Shown here one piece after another: positions 50,348 through 63,467 of a DNA stretch of 64,000 nucleotides. The notes below the pieces were generated by a model. It had not been told where the DNA came from and did not search any database. It saw only the letters and a list, made by a program, of their open reading frames with translations. Every line of letters begins with the position of its first letter. Position 1 is the stretch's first letter. The stretch covers positions 43,440,788 through 43,504,787 of the forward strand of contig CM120640.1 in NCBI GenBank assembly GCA_051362555.1. Reading direction: 5' to 3'. The stretch is from Lingula anatina (taxonomy: Eukaryota; Animalia; Brachiopoda). Position numbers and translations under genes: made by a program.

Positions 50348-53300
50348 CTAAAAGTCCACTTCATCAAGACTATCCATTTTACTTTGAGAGTTTGAATCTT
50401 GCTCGCGAGTTTCTTCATTGTTTAGAGTGTTTGTATCCATCTCAGACTCCTGAGCCTCCAGTTCTGTAAGTAGTGCAGTGGCCTCTGCTAATGTATCCTG
50501 AAAAATAAAATAAAAAGTTGACAAGAAAAAATAAACACATCTGTAACATTCAACTGGGTTCACAAACTATCACAGTACAGCCTATATGTAGAGGCCTTCC
50601 ACTACTTTCCCCACTGCATGTTTTTTCCCCGACCCTCTATTCATGCAGTCCTCACGACTGATGTGCTGCCAGCCAATTAAACCAAATTAAATTCATTCTC
50701 AGCATAAAGATGAGATGAACAAGGTCACACCCAAAAACAAGTGTGCATTGGCAAACATCAGTTACCTGGGCACTCATGGTTCTTTGGAAAGTTTTGCTGT
50801 CCGAGTCTTCGTTAGATGAAGTAGTTATTGTAGACGTGGAGCTCCAAGTGAACTCAGAGGGTTGCATCTAAAACAAACAAAAGAGGGCAAGGTCAGGAAG
50901 CGCCAATCCCACATCCCTACTTATCTGAATCCATCTAGTGAAGTTTCATATTCAACTAATTTAAATATTCCATAACTCCACATTTTTTATAATAAAGATG
51001 TATGATACACAAAAGATGTTAGTTATGAGACAAGTAAATGAAATTTCTATGCATCAAATATATTCTAACTGATGGGTATATTTGAGAAAGTTGTCCACAC
51101 ATGTATGTTGACTATATATTTCAATAATCAGAGAACCACAACATTTCAAATGTATCAAGAAAAGTTAATCTCAGGAAGTTACATCTCCCTTACTATTACT
51201 TAGTTTTCAACCAATTCCTCTCTTCATCTCATACACAAAGCCTTCTGCAAACAAGACACTTATTTTTTTGTTCTTCAAAATAAGAAGAGAGAAGGCCACT
51301 ACAGCCCAGCTTACCTTTCTCTTCAGCCAGTTGACAGCCCACTGCCACTTAGAGGGTGTCTGCACCAGGTAATCTCTGGCCAGGGGACACTTGTTGGCCA
51401 GGTTGACCAGGAACTTGATACACTGGTATGAACGTCTGCTGTCACTGGCATGGTTGCATTTGATTACACCTTGAATGAAATAAAACTCTTGATTTTATTT
51501 CAAACAGTACATGATATCAGAGTATAAACTAAATATAAAAAAATGTATTCATTAAGGATGGATTTTTGCTGACATTATTTCATATCATTCACTTTGACAC
51601 TCATAAGCAAATGTGCACAGGATTCAGATCTTGTAATAACACAACTTCAATAGTTTTCTATTAACCAAAATATTTGAACTAAACATATGCACATTTACAC
51701 CCACAAAAACAGTCTTGCAGCATATCTGACACATGTGAACTTAAAAAAGAACTTAGAATCTGGCAAGAAAGATATATACCATATAATTAAATGCTTTGTC
51801 AGCCAAAATAATATTATTAAAAGGTAAAGAATATTACAAATAGTTTAACAGGAATGACAATCATAAAAATATATATATTCACAAAAATGCAGTAGAATCA
51901 CAAAGATGGAATCCCAGATTACATCTTATCAATCTCTAATTGGCAGTGTCACTGTTTTCTATTCACAATGACCCCAAGAGAGAGCCAAATCTAGGGTTTC
52001 AGTTGCCTTGGAACACTTAACACATATACATGACTGGGCAAGTGCCAAAAACCACAATGAAACTCTAGAAATAAGGAGTGGAGTTTTTCTTTTTTTTTCA
52101 GTCAAAGCAAAGGTTAACTTTGGTGGTATCCAAGCTATGTAATCTCTGTGTGCATGTAAATGTGGTTGAGGGAGTAAACACTGCTGGTTTATCTGGTCAA
52201 ATAAAATAACATTAATTTGCATCCTGTTTTTTATTATTTACTCTCAGATATTCTAAGAGTTAACATCCTGGATCTCACATAAAAAAACAGAATAGATTTT
52301 TCTTAATTTTTAGTAAATTTTGTTTGTATATACTTGTATATCTGACTTTCTGAGAGGGAAATGAGAATCTAGTTACTTATTCATAATTACTGAAAATTTT
52401 CCTTTCAATCTGACAATTTAATCTAATATTACATACCCATTATGATGACAGAAACCATTTCTTACCTAACATTCCTTCAAAGCTGCAGTTCTCCTCGTCA
52501 ATGTAGCCATCAATAGTACACTGAATTCTCTTCAACTGCAATGGGTCTTCTAAAGTCTGGAACACATTAAGCAACTGGTGAGCTACCAGTGTAGGAAAGT
52601 GTGAAGTAAAAGCCACAGCATAACTGTGCTGCTTCTAAAGGGAGATATCTATGTTTATTTATATATATCTTGTGATTAGCATTATGCTTGGTGTGAATGA
52701 GTTTTATGACCAACAATAAAAGAAAATTTGCTGACTTTGCCAGCCAGACTGTTTTGACTCGACTGAGTCAAGAATATTATCAAACAAACCCAAATAAATG
52801 TTTTCCCATTTAATAACAATAAAACTGTTCCATTAACAAAAAGACGATTGTCATCTTTACTTACCAGTAACTGCATGAGTAAAACAAATAAACTTTTCAG
52901 TTCACTGGAAGGAGCAGATGCATACTGCGACTGAAAATGTAAAAATAAAATAAATAAATTATAATAAATCTGGTAGTGATCATTTACATATAACAAGTGA
53001 CATATAAAAAAGTGCACCGCACATACATGAAGAGTGTGGTGACTGTTTATGTTAGGAATAAAAATTGTATAAGTCTTTAATACAGAGACAACCAAGTCAT
53101 ACTCAAGATGCTCTGCATTTTTAACAAAACCATCAAAAATAAAATATATTATTGCAACACATTTGCATAACAAATTTGGGGTAAAATCTTATGTGCAGGT
53201 TGACAAAGTAAAATTAAGTAGCCTTCAAAGAGTGCAACCTAAATATAGTAAATTGTTTTAGATTTCATAAATGCAATTCTCACCATAATATTCTTAAGAA

Positions 53301-55084
53301 GAGTCATGCTAAATGTGGCATTGCAGAAGCTACAGTATGTGCACATATCCAAGATGTGAGCAATGCTGCCCCCTATCTCACGAACTGCCATGACAACTTC
53401 TCGCAGATAGCGACCAGCTTCTTTCCCAAAGACAAATTCTTGTACTTCAGGTAGCATGTCCAGTAGTTTGTCTGGCTGAACTAGCTTAGTCTGGTATGCA
53501 GGGTGGTTACCCACTTCTGAAATTTGTTCAACAGAGATGTATTCTTTGTATTTATATATTTGTATTGCACTTATGTGAAAAAATGTTGGCATTATTATCT
53601 AGTATTATGAAGTTGACAGTTTAAAGAAAATGTAGTTTTCCTACTGTGTATGGAATGAACTATAATCAGTTTCCTCTTTGTGCTGTATGCAACACAAAAA
53701 ACTGGAGGAAAAAAATAATTAGATACTGTTATAAATCAATCTTTGACTGAATTACTGATAACATTTTTGTTATGAAAATGTGTCTTTTTAAGCAAACACA
53801 CAGGATAAGGCAATCTCTCAGTTACGTGTATCAAACAAAATATCCAGACTTACCTTCAGTTCTGAATGAAGCAATATCACAGTTAGTAATGAGTATGGCA
53901 AGAGTGGTGTGAAGAGGACCAAAGTCCCGAGACTGCATAGAGGACCACTTCCTGGGGATGGATTCCTGCTGGAATGGGGAAGGAAAAACAGAATTTAACA
54001 AAACAATCTGTTTATATACATGATTAAACTGCAAATTGGAATGAAGTTCTTCATCAACCTTGGTTTCTTCCATCAAGAGAAAATAAAGCAAAAAATATCA
54101 AAGTTAGTTTCTTTTTTATTTCTCTTCAAATGCTAGTTACTTATCAATCCATTCACTTTTTCTTTATAAAAAGCATGACATCTCCATTTGGTCTCTAAAT
54201 TTTGGCCACAAATCCTTACTTGCACATTAGCAGCAGGGGCTGGTCCCAGTAAGAAATGAATCATTCTTTGGAAGGCATTCCTGCTGAAGAGATGCTGACA
54301 GGCCATTGTTCCCTGAAACATACACCAACAATGAAACATGTATTCCAACCAAGAAAATGGCTAGGTGTGAATAAGAGACAGTAATTTAAATACTTGTTTA
54401 GGCACTGATATAAGCCATTCCAACAATCCCAAAAGAGATGGAAACAGTGAATAATAAAATAAAAACAAAAACTTCAATATCATTCAATGTTATTTCCCCC
54501 GACTTTTAAATAACATACAAAAAACCAGCAACTCTCTAAATTTTCTTTTCCACATGAAAGAAAATACACCAAGGAGAAAATTATAATCTCTTAAAATCAG
54601 CATTTTGTACAAGGCAAAAAATAGCTGCAGCATGTATTATGAAGAAGTATAAATTATAATATAAATAAGTAAATCAATTAATTAAAAAAAAATTTATTCA
54701 TGGTTTGAAACATATGCCATCCTTTGGACATATCAAAACAAACATAGAAAATAACACTTTTAGCAATAAATCTGAAAATAAGAACCTACCATTTGTGCGT
54801 AATTGCTCAAGACCCGGAAGTACTGAGTGCACTGTTTACAGTTCTCAGGGACATCTCTGCCCAGCAAAAGTAGCAAGTTTTCAATCAATTCATTGAAACA
54901 AATGTGGTCCTGAAAATGATTTTAAGAGACATCTTAAAATAATTGCATTTATTTTCTTCAGCACAAATCTGTATATAGTGCAAATATTGATATGTCCTTG
55001 TAAACAGAAATCTGGATGTGTTAAGCATAATTTGTTTGGTGGTCTCATGTATCCCAACTAACACAATGTGGAATAAAAGGCAAC

Positions 55085-55144
<60 letters not shown>

Positions 55145-58100
55145 GGGGTGTCTTACTGTGGTTCCTCCATGTTCAAAATAGCACCTCATGGTTCTTTCTA
55201 AGATCCGTCCAAATGCTATCCTAATTTCTCTGGTTGGGCACTTCAATAGGAAATGGCTGCAATAAAATCAGTCTTGTATAAACATTAAACCTACCGAACT
55301 ACACACCACAAGAGCATATATTCATTTTAAAGATTAATCTGCCACTAAAACTTTGTAAATAGCATTTAAACTAAACTAACTCCATCCTTATTTCTGTTAG
55401 TACATCTCTACCTAGTTATTCATTCTTATGATTGTATTCCACTAAACAAACTTTTCTCCAGAGTAAATATGGTTAAAAAAAAAACCTTACCACACATATG
55501 CCGCTCCTTCTTCACTAGCCAAGTACTCTATCAGCCAATCACAAGCTGACTTACATCCGTGGACCAAAGTTTCAATGCAGGCAATCCACTCATCCATGTC
55601 ACACCTAAATAAGTCAAATATAGATAAGCAAATAGTACCATATGGGAATGTAGCGAATGAATTTTACATTTTGAAATAATTTTGTTTAGCATAGGGTTCA
55701 CAGGGTCAGATATTAATTAACATACAAAGTACAGAATGTTAATGCATAATCTATTCCAAAACAGATATTTATTAACAATTAAAAAAAAAAAAAAAAAAAA
55801 ACTCGACAAATGTACAAATGTACATTCTTGATTCTTGACAAATGTACAAATAAGTCATTTGGTTTAGAAATATTGTGAATTGATACATCGCTTTTCTCCG
55901 TAGAGAAAAAACACTTCAAAACCAGAAATCTATGTTTTTTTTTTCTTTTTTGGGGGTATCTTTTCAACTGGTCCTTCAAGTGATGCAATTTCTTGATAAT
56001 GTTTTTTAGGTCAGTCTAGACTACTATCACAGCATGCATACAAACTTGCCTGAGCTGTTTCTTAGTTCTGAGGTAGGTGTGTATTAAGAACTGTACCCCC
56101 AGTTGTAAGGACTCTAGAGACATCATTGGAAAACATGGATGTTCTGTGTGGTACTGGAACATAGGACAATATAGTTTATTATATAATATTTATAAAAACA
56201 ACTAAAACATCTTATGAAATGCTCCTTGTATATATCAGAATTTGCCTATTACAACTGCTAAATAATGACTCTAATGACCAATGGGCAAAATATTTTTTTC
56301 AATATTAATTTTGTCTACAAAACATAACAAAGCTACAATGTATAAGACTAAAATGAGTCTGACACATGTCACATATAAACTTACTGAATTTTTCATGACT
56401 AATTCTCTAATGAATCTGAAGTACTCTGGGCTATAGACATCTCTGTTCTTCATGAACCTCAGGTTTTCTTCTTTCACTTGCTGTTGTATCCTGGCTGGCA
56501 TCTTATCAGTGAAGATGCCCTGGTGGTCCCCCCTACAGACCAGCTCTGTCAGCTCCACAAAGCTATCTCTGTCAGAACTGAAAAATATGGATATCGAGAA
56601 AAGAAAGAACAGCCTTTTTAAGGTCATTATTGCATTCATCTTGATAGAGAAATAGTACTTAGTTAAAATATAATTAAAGAGATTCACATGGATAGTTATA
56701 CTTGAATATTGCTCTTTTTTTCAAAGAATCAAGAACTTTTCTTACTCACCTGAGCCCTTGCAGACTTTTCCTCATCTTGGACACCCGGCTCTTCTTGGCT
56801 GACACCGGAGTTCTCATCATCTCCTCTATACGCTCATAGAACAGTAGGTACCCACTCCAGTAGCGCAGCCTCTCTTCAGGATAAGAATTAGCTGGATAAG
56901 AATAAACAGATCCGATTCTAAAAATTTTAGTCCGTAATATTTATGTCATATATTTTTTAAATAATGAATTTTTCAGTTGGGTGGAATTTAAATTTGGTAA
57001 CTTTTGTATAAGCCAATTACTGACTTTTATGAAGCCTTATCAAATAAAACAGATAAAAATGTGATATTTCTTAAGAACCATCTTAAGCTACATGCTGTCA
57101 TTAAAAAAAACATTGCAGCAGAAGCTTGTAGAACATTGTATTCCTCAGATAACGTTACACACAACAATGCGTTACCTAGACACAACTTTCAACTTACACT
57201 GATCATAGACCTTAGCCTTGTATGTTCCTCCAAAGCATTCTGCTTCCAGTGCAGCATCTGTCATCTCAAACTCTTCTACCACTGTGTCATTAAACTTAAA
57301 CCATTTCCCTCTATTTGGGTTGCTCATCACATTGCCCCTACAATAACATGTCAAATGTTTTCAATTCCTTTTCTATAACAAATAAAATCTAGTCTTGATT
57401 CAGTGAAATTCAAGGCAGGTAGATTGGATTGAATAAATTGCCTCCAATGTTAGGTAACTCATCTTTTTTAGATTATACCAGTCAGTTATTCAGGTACAAA
57501 AGAAATTAATAAAATGTGAAAGATTGATCATGTACATAAAAACTAATTATTTTTATTATACTTTTTTCAGAAAAAGGAAACACTTTATATATTCTCTCAT
57601 AAAACTAAGGTAATATGTATCAAACTTTCAGCATCAGCGGTTACCTTACATAGGCTGTTATTTAGCTAAGTGACATAAAGATCAAATCAAAACATACAAA
57701 TAAGTGAATAAGCCCATACAAAAGATGCATATTACTTGAGTTTTAAAAAGTTAGAAAAGAAAGTTTGAAGATAAGCACAAGACAAGCAAAAAATTCTGAA
57801 TAATCACATATGTAATAATCATTTATACAGAGTTCAAGAAAGAAATAACAAAAGAAAGATTAAAATGCCAGACAAGAGAAAAAATCAAGAATAATCAAAT
57901 AATTATCATTTTAAGTTGTACAGAGTTTAAGATCACCATTACAGGAGTCACTGGACTCTGAATCTAACCTAGTTCTGCTACCTATGCCTGACCATTTCTA
58001 TCTGATATAAAACAGTAATGGCAGGGTACAGCAGTGTAGAGGTGAATCATCATCTATTACTTCAAACTCAGGGTGTGGAAAATTGAAGAATTTAAACCTT

Positions 58101-59539
58101 CATTCTTGTCTATGGGGGTACACAGAGTTGGAGATATATTACCTTAACCTGTGCAAGTAATAATGAAAGACTTATTTCTTCTGATTATTAAAAAACAGCA
58201 GTTTGGTGTCCTAATCTAGAGTATGATAACTTCTGAGAAGTGAATGTTTTATTACTAAAATTGAATGAATTTGTGTCCCATATGGCATAAAACCTGTACT
58301 GTTATCATGAAATGTATACTGGCAAAGAAATTTAATAACCTGAAAAGTACTCAGTCTCAGGCTAAATTGGAACTTATCAAATACAGTGAAAGAAAAATGA
58401 AATACCAATTTCAACAATTATAGCATGAGGAATTTCACTCATGAGATATTCAACCAGGAAAAATACTTTTTATTTTTTGAAATTAAGTAAATCAGACAGG
58501 TCCATTTTACCCTTAAATAAACCATTAACTATAATAGGAACAATCAACAATCTTCCTCATCCTTCTCCTTTTCTTTGTATGCAAATTTCCTATCAACATT
58601 CAAAAGGTTTAACTCATTTAAATATGCATATGAGGATCACTGCTCAAGGGGCAATCAGCCTAATCAACTAGTCAGCGATTTCTTCTCAAGATTAAGTCAT
58701 TTATGTAAGCCACTTAAATAATCTCAGGACAGACAAGAAGATAGAAATATCTACTGTGTGGTCATTATCTCAATATCAGAGCATTTATACAAGATGTGGT
58801 GAGTAGCATTAAATAACTGGAAAGATAAGAAGAAAATTAGAGGTTCTACAGAGAGAGAGAGATGCATATTTCTCGTCAGCATATATTTCCTGACTTGATA
58901 TTCAAAATCCCAGCTACTAGGTCAATTAAAATTTATCTCTTGCATATTGACCTAAAAGGTTCATACCATTTTGTACCCACATTTCTATCTTGGCACAGAA
59001 TGGCCAGGTATCTTACATACAATCTTTTTTTGACTAATGTCTCAAGTAGACATCACCTGATATTTAATTACTGTTATTACTCACTTTCACAAGAAAAGCA
59101 TCAATCTTAAGACTGCCATAAACAAATATCATATATGAAATTCACAAATAAAATTGTCCATTTTTTTTACAATCCCAACACAAAACAGAAAATTTGTATC
59201 ATTTAACTTTGTTCAAAATTTGCTAAATTTTATACTGATAGGAGTTTTAACAATCTGTTTTATGTAAGTTTTTCTTCATACTAATTTTTTTCTTTTTCAA
59301 AGATGCACCCACCTCCTGTCCTTAATAAATGAGTAGTAATGTCCAGCATTGGCTTGACCACTGTGGACAATCACCCCGACCAGTTCGTAGTTGATTGCTT
59401 TTGTGGCCAAAGGAGAGGCTGGCAGCTCTATGGGCTGGTCACTATCTTCCCCAGGGACCTCGGCCATCAGGTCCACCACTGACTCACGTTTGGACATTCC
59501 CTGTTCTGTGTAGGGTTCCATGTCTAACACCCAGGGAAA
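50348..59539 (-). CDS. USP24: Ubiquitin carboxyl-terminal hydrolase 24, 3' part (the gene continues beyond 64000)
   Basis: FPWVLDMEPYT, His-box YELVGVIVHSGQANAGHYYSFIKDRR, KWFKFNDTVVEEF..ECFGGTYKAKVYDQ, ENLRFMKNRDVYSPEYF, TYLRTKKQLR, SMQSRDFGPLH, DSRRSYQCIKFLV, FQRTMSAQDTLAEATALL and terminal LDEVDF*. These are USP24-specific rather than USP9 motifs as recalled. Confidence 0.94.
55089..55141. repeat. (GA)n microsatellite, USP24 intron
   Basis: Direct reading; explains the RERERE ORF. Confidence 0.95.
55605..56049 (-). other. GC-AG intron in USP24
   Basis: Minus-strand donor CAG|GCAAGT at 56049 and TTTAG acceptor at 55605 join TYLRTKKQLR|CDMDEWIACIE, collinear with USP24. Confidence 0.85.
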
Positions 59540-59987
59540 CTACCAGCAAAAGAAAAACTTAGTCAATTATTTTATATATTAATGTAATTTGATGCATTTT
59601 CTTTTTAACCATAAGTGTGGACTTTTTTTCTTTTTTTACAAGCAGAGGGTGATTTACAAAGAGAAGTTATTAATAAAGGAAGGTTTTATGTGCCTAATAA
59701 AATGCTTATGTATTCTAATATACTTAAATGTGTGGAATGTTAGATATTTAATAAATATCATGACATGCAATGTAAATTGATAAAATACCATGCAGAAAAA
59801 GTCAGTGAAAATGAAAACTTTTGGACAAGTGGTTCAATGGCACTGATAAAGCCATTACCTTAACACAGCACAATACTGATGCAAGTTGATAACAATCAGA
59901 CAAAGAAAGTTGTGAAACACCACTGATGACTTAATGCAGCAGGCCCTCACCCTGCAGCTTTGATCAGGATGGGAGATAAGTCACCGC

Positions 59988-60161
59988 TATAAAACTCAGG
60001 TGTCTGATAATCATTAGCCTTTTACTAGTGAGAGCCAGGTGTGCTGGATACACAGACCCAACTAGGACACCTGACAGAGGATGGAATAATAGTATATAGC
60101 ATAGAGCACAGAGCATATTACAGCACAGCACAGAGATAGACATAACTGAATCAAAAATTAG
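59988..60161 (+). promoter_or_regulatory. Candidate TATA box and non-coding first exon of the nested LRR gene
   Basis: TATAAAA at 59988-59994, an Inr-like TCATT at 60011, a strong TAG|GTAAGT donor after 60161, and four WGATAA sites (59844, 59887, 59974, 60005). Confidence 0.5.
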
Positions 60162-62896
60162 GTAAGTGAAAGATTTGTATTTTTTGGGTTATTAGTTTCT
60201 GATTATATTTCACATTTTTGGTTCAGAGTGTGAAAATGGCTGTTTTTGGACTTCAGATGTCAGATGGCAATAGTCATTATAGCAGAACAATATCTATTAA
60301 AAAAAAAAACGATTAAGCTTAAAAATTTGCTATTGTGCATTACTTGGTTAAGGGTATACTACTTGCATTTAAAAAAAATTCCAAATTCACATTTTAAGTT
60401 TTCTTATCCTGCTAGTATGCTTATCTTTCCCAATTAAGAACTTAAAAAATGAAACCCCTTGTATTTAAGTATCTGGTGTACATATTTCCTTAAATGTACA
60501 GGGACAAAGTAGACTAAATGTCTGATCAGAACTTAATTATTTAATAAGAAAATTATTAAAAAACACTGTGTTCAAGTGCTGGGCTGAGCATTGTTTTGTT
60601 TAGGAGAAAATGAATTTTTTTTCTAAAATAAATTTAATTTGGCACAAAAATTGCAGACAGGGATTATTATAAATAAATACAAATATAAAAAATGATTTTA
60701 TGGATTCATTACTAATAGTGACATTATGTAAAAAGTTTAGATTCTTACAAAACTGGCCATGGTCAAGCTTTTTTTTTTAATTTTCACAAGGGGCTTTAAT
60801 TTTTGTGAAAAAAACTTTGTTTTTCTACTTTTATCAAAAGACAAGATTTAAGTCAATTTGAAAATTATAATTTTTCCACCCAAAAAGATTTCTGTACATA
60901 AGAGGTGTTATTTCTATCAGGAAGACAACAACTCAGCAGACTTGTTAATAACTTTCTCACAAGATATCTCCAAACTGATAACCAAATAGTACAATATTAT
61001 CAAACAACTTGGATAAAAATCAAAACTTCAGCACCACAATTGCAACTTTCATCAGGTATATCTTGGTATCATTGCAATGAAGCTTCTCTATCAGTGAGAT
61101 CTCATCTGGACACTGATAATAAAAACAAAGACATCATCTGCATAAGAATTAGTTGTTTCCTCTGTTTAATGTCTCCTTTAATATCACGCTGGCTGACAGG
61201 AATCCTGTTGTCGTGTCTCAATCAGTTTATTTCTTGATTTCTTATCTGTCAACAGGTTTTTTCTTCATTGTATAGAATTTTGTGCAGAATATTCAAGTGA
61301 AACTGGTTGTTTTCTGCTTCTACTTAAATGGATGGATATCTAAAGAAAATACCTAGCATGTGCGCTTTTGAATTATGACACAATCCCAAATAGTTTTCAT
61401 TTTATTTTCTGTATATAACCTTAAAATGTCAGGGTTTTTGTTATAGTTTGCATGAAGACTCAGGAGTATAATACCTCTTGTTAATCATCTGTTAATCATC
61501 TGATGAGCAGACACTGTGTGAGCAGGAGCAGTCATTTCAGGTGCCACACATGAATGCAAGCTCTTATGTCTGTGTGACCAAATCAATTTAAAACAAAGTT
61601 AAATCTGAATTATTTATAATTTTATTAACCTAACATTATTTTAACTGCCATAAGGTCAGGTCATCAGCAGTTACCCCTTACACAAGCTAGGGCCTCAAGC
61701 ACTCATTTCCCTCTCTGATAGTACATCAAATCCTTCCAGGTCACTTTCTAAATACAGGCAGGGATGACACCAATTTCCCCCTATTTCACCCATGAATCTC
61801 CACTAAATCTTAAAAGAATTCCTTCCTCAACCCATCTCTTGTATGACTATGATGAATAAGACAAATATCAGTAGACTTCATTTACATAATCACTTAAATG
61901 ATAGGGGCTGCAATTTTGTCGTGATAAAATTTTCACAGTTAAGAATTAATATTCATGCGGGGAAATTAGTAGGACTGGAGGCAGTGGAGAGGAACTAGAG
62001 ATTCTTTGTAGAGATAAGATGATTGCCCACTTCTCTGATAAAGTCATCATCAAGAGAGTTAGTCTGACTGCTGCCTGAATCACAATAGCTTACGGTAGTT
62101 CTCTGGTGGGCTACCTGTATGAGGGACAGTCTATAAGACTTTATTTCTCAGTCACAGAAGGGTTTGCAAGGTAGGTGTTTCAATTCAAAGTTAAGATATT
62201 ACTAGTAGAAAAAAAACAAGTTCAAAATAAGAGATGATATAGGAGCAGATTGAAAAATGTGACAGGTGAGTGAGTCGAGACATCTGATTGGTACACTTGA
62301 TATGGCAGTTGGTTCTTTTGGAGATTTGTTAGAGCAGATTTTCTGATATTATGAACTTGGTCAACTTGAAAAAATGTTTTAACAATTTTACACTGACATG
62401 TAGAATGTGAACTAGGCCATTCACAATTTCTTTTTTTATTTGTCTTTATTTTTGAAATGTATAAATATTTATTGACTTTGCAAAGCTTGTGAGGGTTTAA
62501 ACAAATGACTTTTCTCCCTTAAAGCTTAAATTGTTTCATGAAAAAGTTCAGCAGTGGGTTTCACTAAGAAAATTGCAAATTCATACTTTAACAGCATAAC
62601 TGATTACATCTCTATTGGGTGGGTGTAAGATGCCAGGATTATGGACGTAAAGGTCAACCTCTTTTTTTTAAGTGTAAGTTTGTCTATGGATGATTATCAA
62701 TCCACAATCTTAGGTACATGCCCAACGTGTTTAATACAACTTGTCTCTGATGTGAAAGATAAAGCTAGAATAAACCAAGGAAGAGAAATACTTTTTTGTC
62801 CTTTCAAGCACTATATCAGGAAGCATTATGCAATTTTTAAAATGATTTCACATAAAATAGAAAGCAGTCTATTCAGTACAGTTTGCAAAAATGGTT

Positions 62897-62898
<2 letters not shown>

Positions 62899-62978
<80 letters not shown>
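62899..62978. repeat. (CA)n microsatellite
   Basis: Direct reading; explains the THTHTH ORF. Confidence 0.95.
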
Positions 62979-62981
<3 letters not shown>

Positions 62982-63467
62982 AAGAGTGCAGACCAGGACA
63001 CCTCTATTCTAAATATCTGATATTTAAAGTTAGGTCATCTTTGATCTATCCTGCAAATTCTGTATAAGTCCATTCTTCTTGTTCTTTTTTTTAAAGTAAG
63101 GCCACTAATTAACATACCAACAAAAAATAACTTACTGTTATAATTTCTAATATTATTAAAGCTTAGGAAAGCACTGAAGAATTGAGTAAGATACTGTAGT
63201 AATAGGCTTTTTTGCATTAAAACTTTGTAACCAAAAGCCACATATTTATTCAAGCGTTATATGCATTACAAATCTTTTTGTAAAATTGACAAAATCTATA
63301 TTGTGATATTTTGCATTACTCTTCCCAAATCAACATCTTCCATCTTCTTTAATCATTTTGACTTGGCCCAAGTGTTTACTTGCATAGTGCCACACTAGTT
63401 AATTATCTAGTTATATATCTATATATAAATATATAATTTCAGAATACTCCTCACAGTAATTCAGAGA

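Noticed and set aside
2455-63012. ORF-track entries with YIYI, YLFI, KKKK, RERE or THTH runs, and most other short ORFs
   Set aside because: They are microsatellite translations, antisense shadows of real exons, or exons read through into introns.
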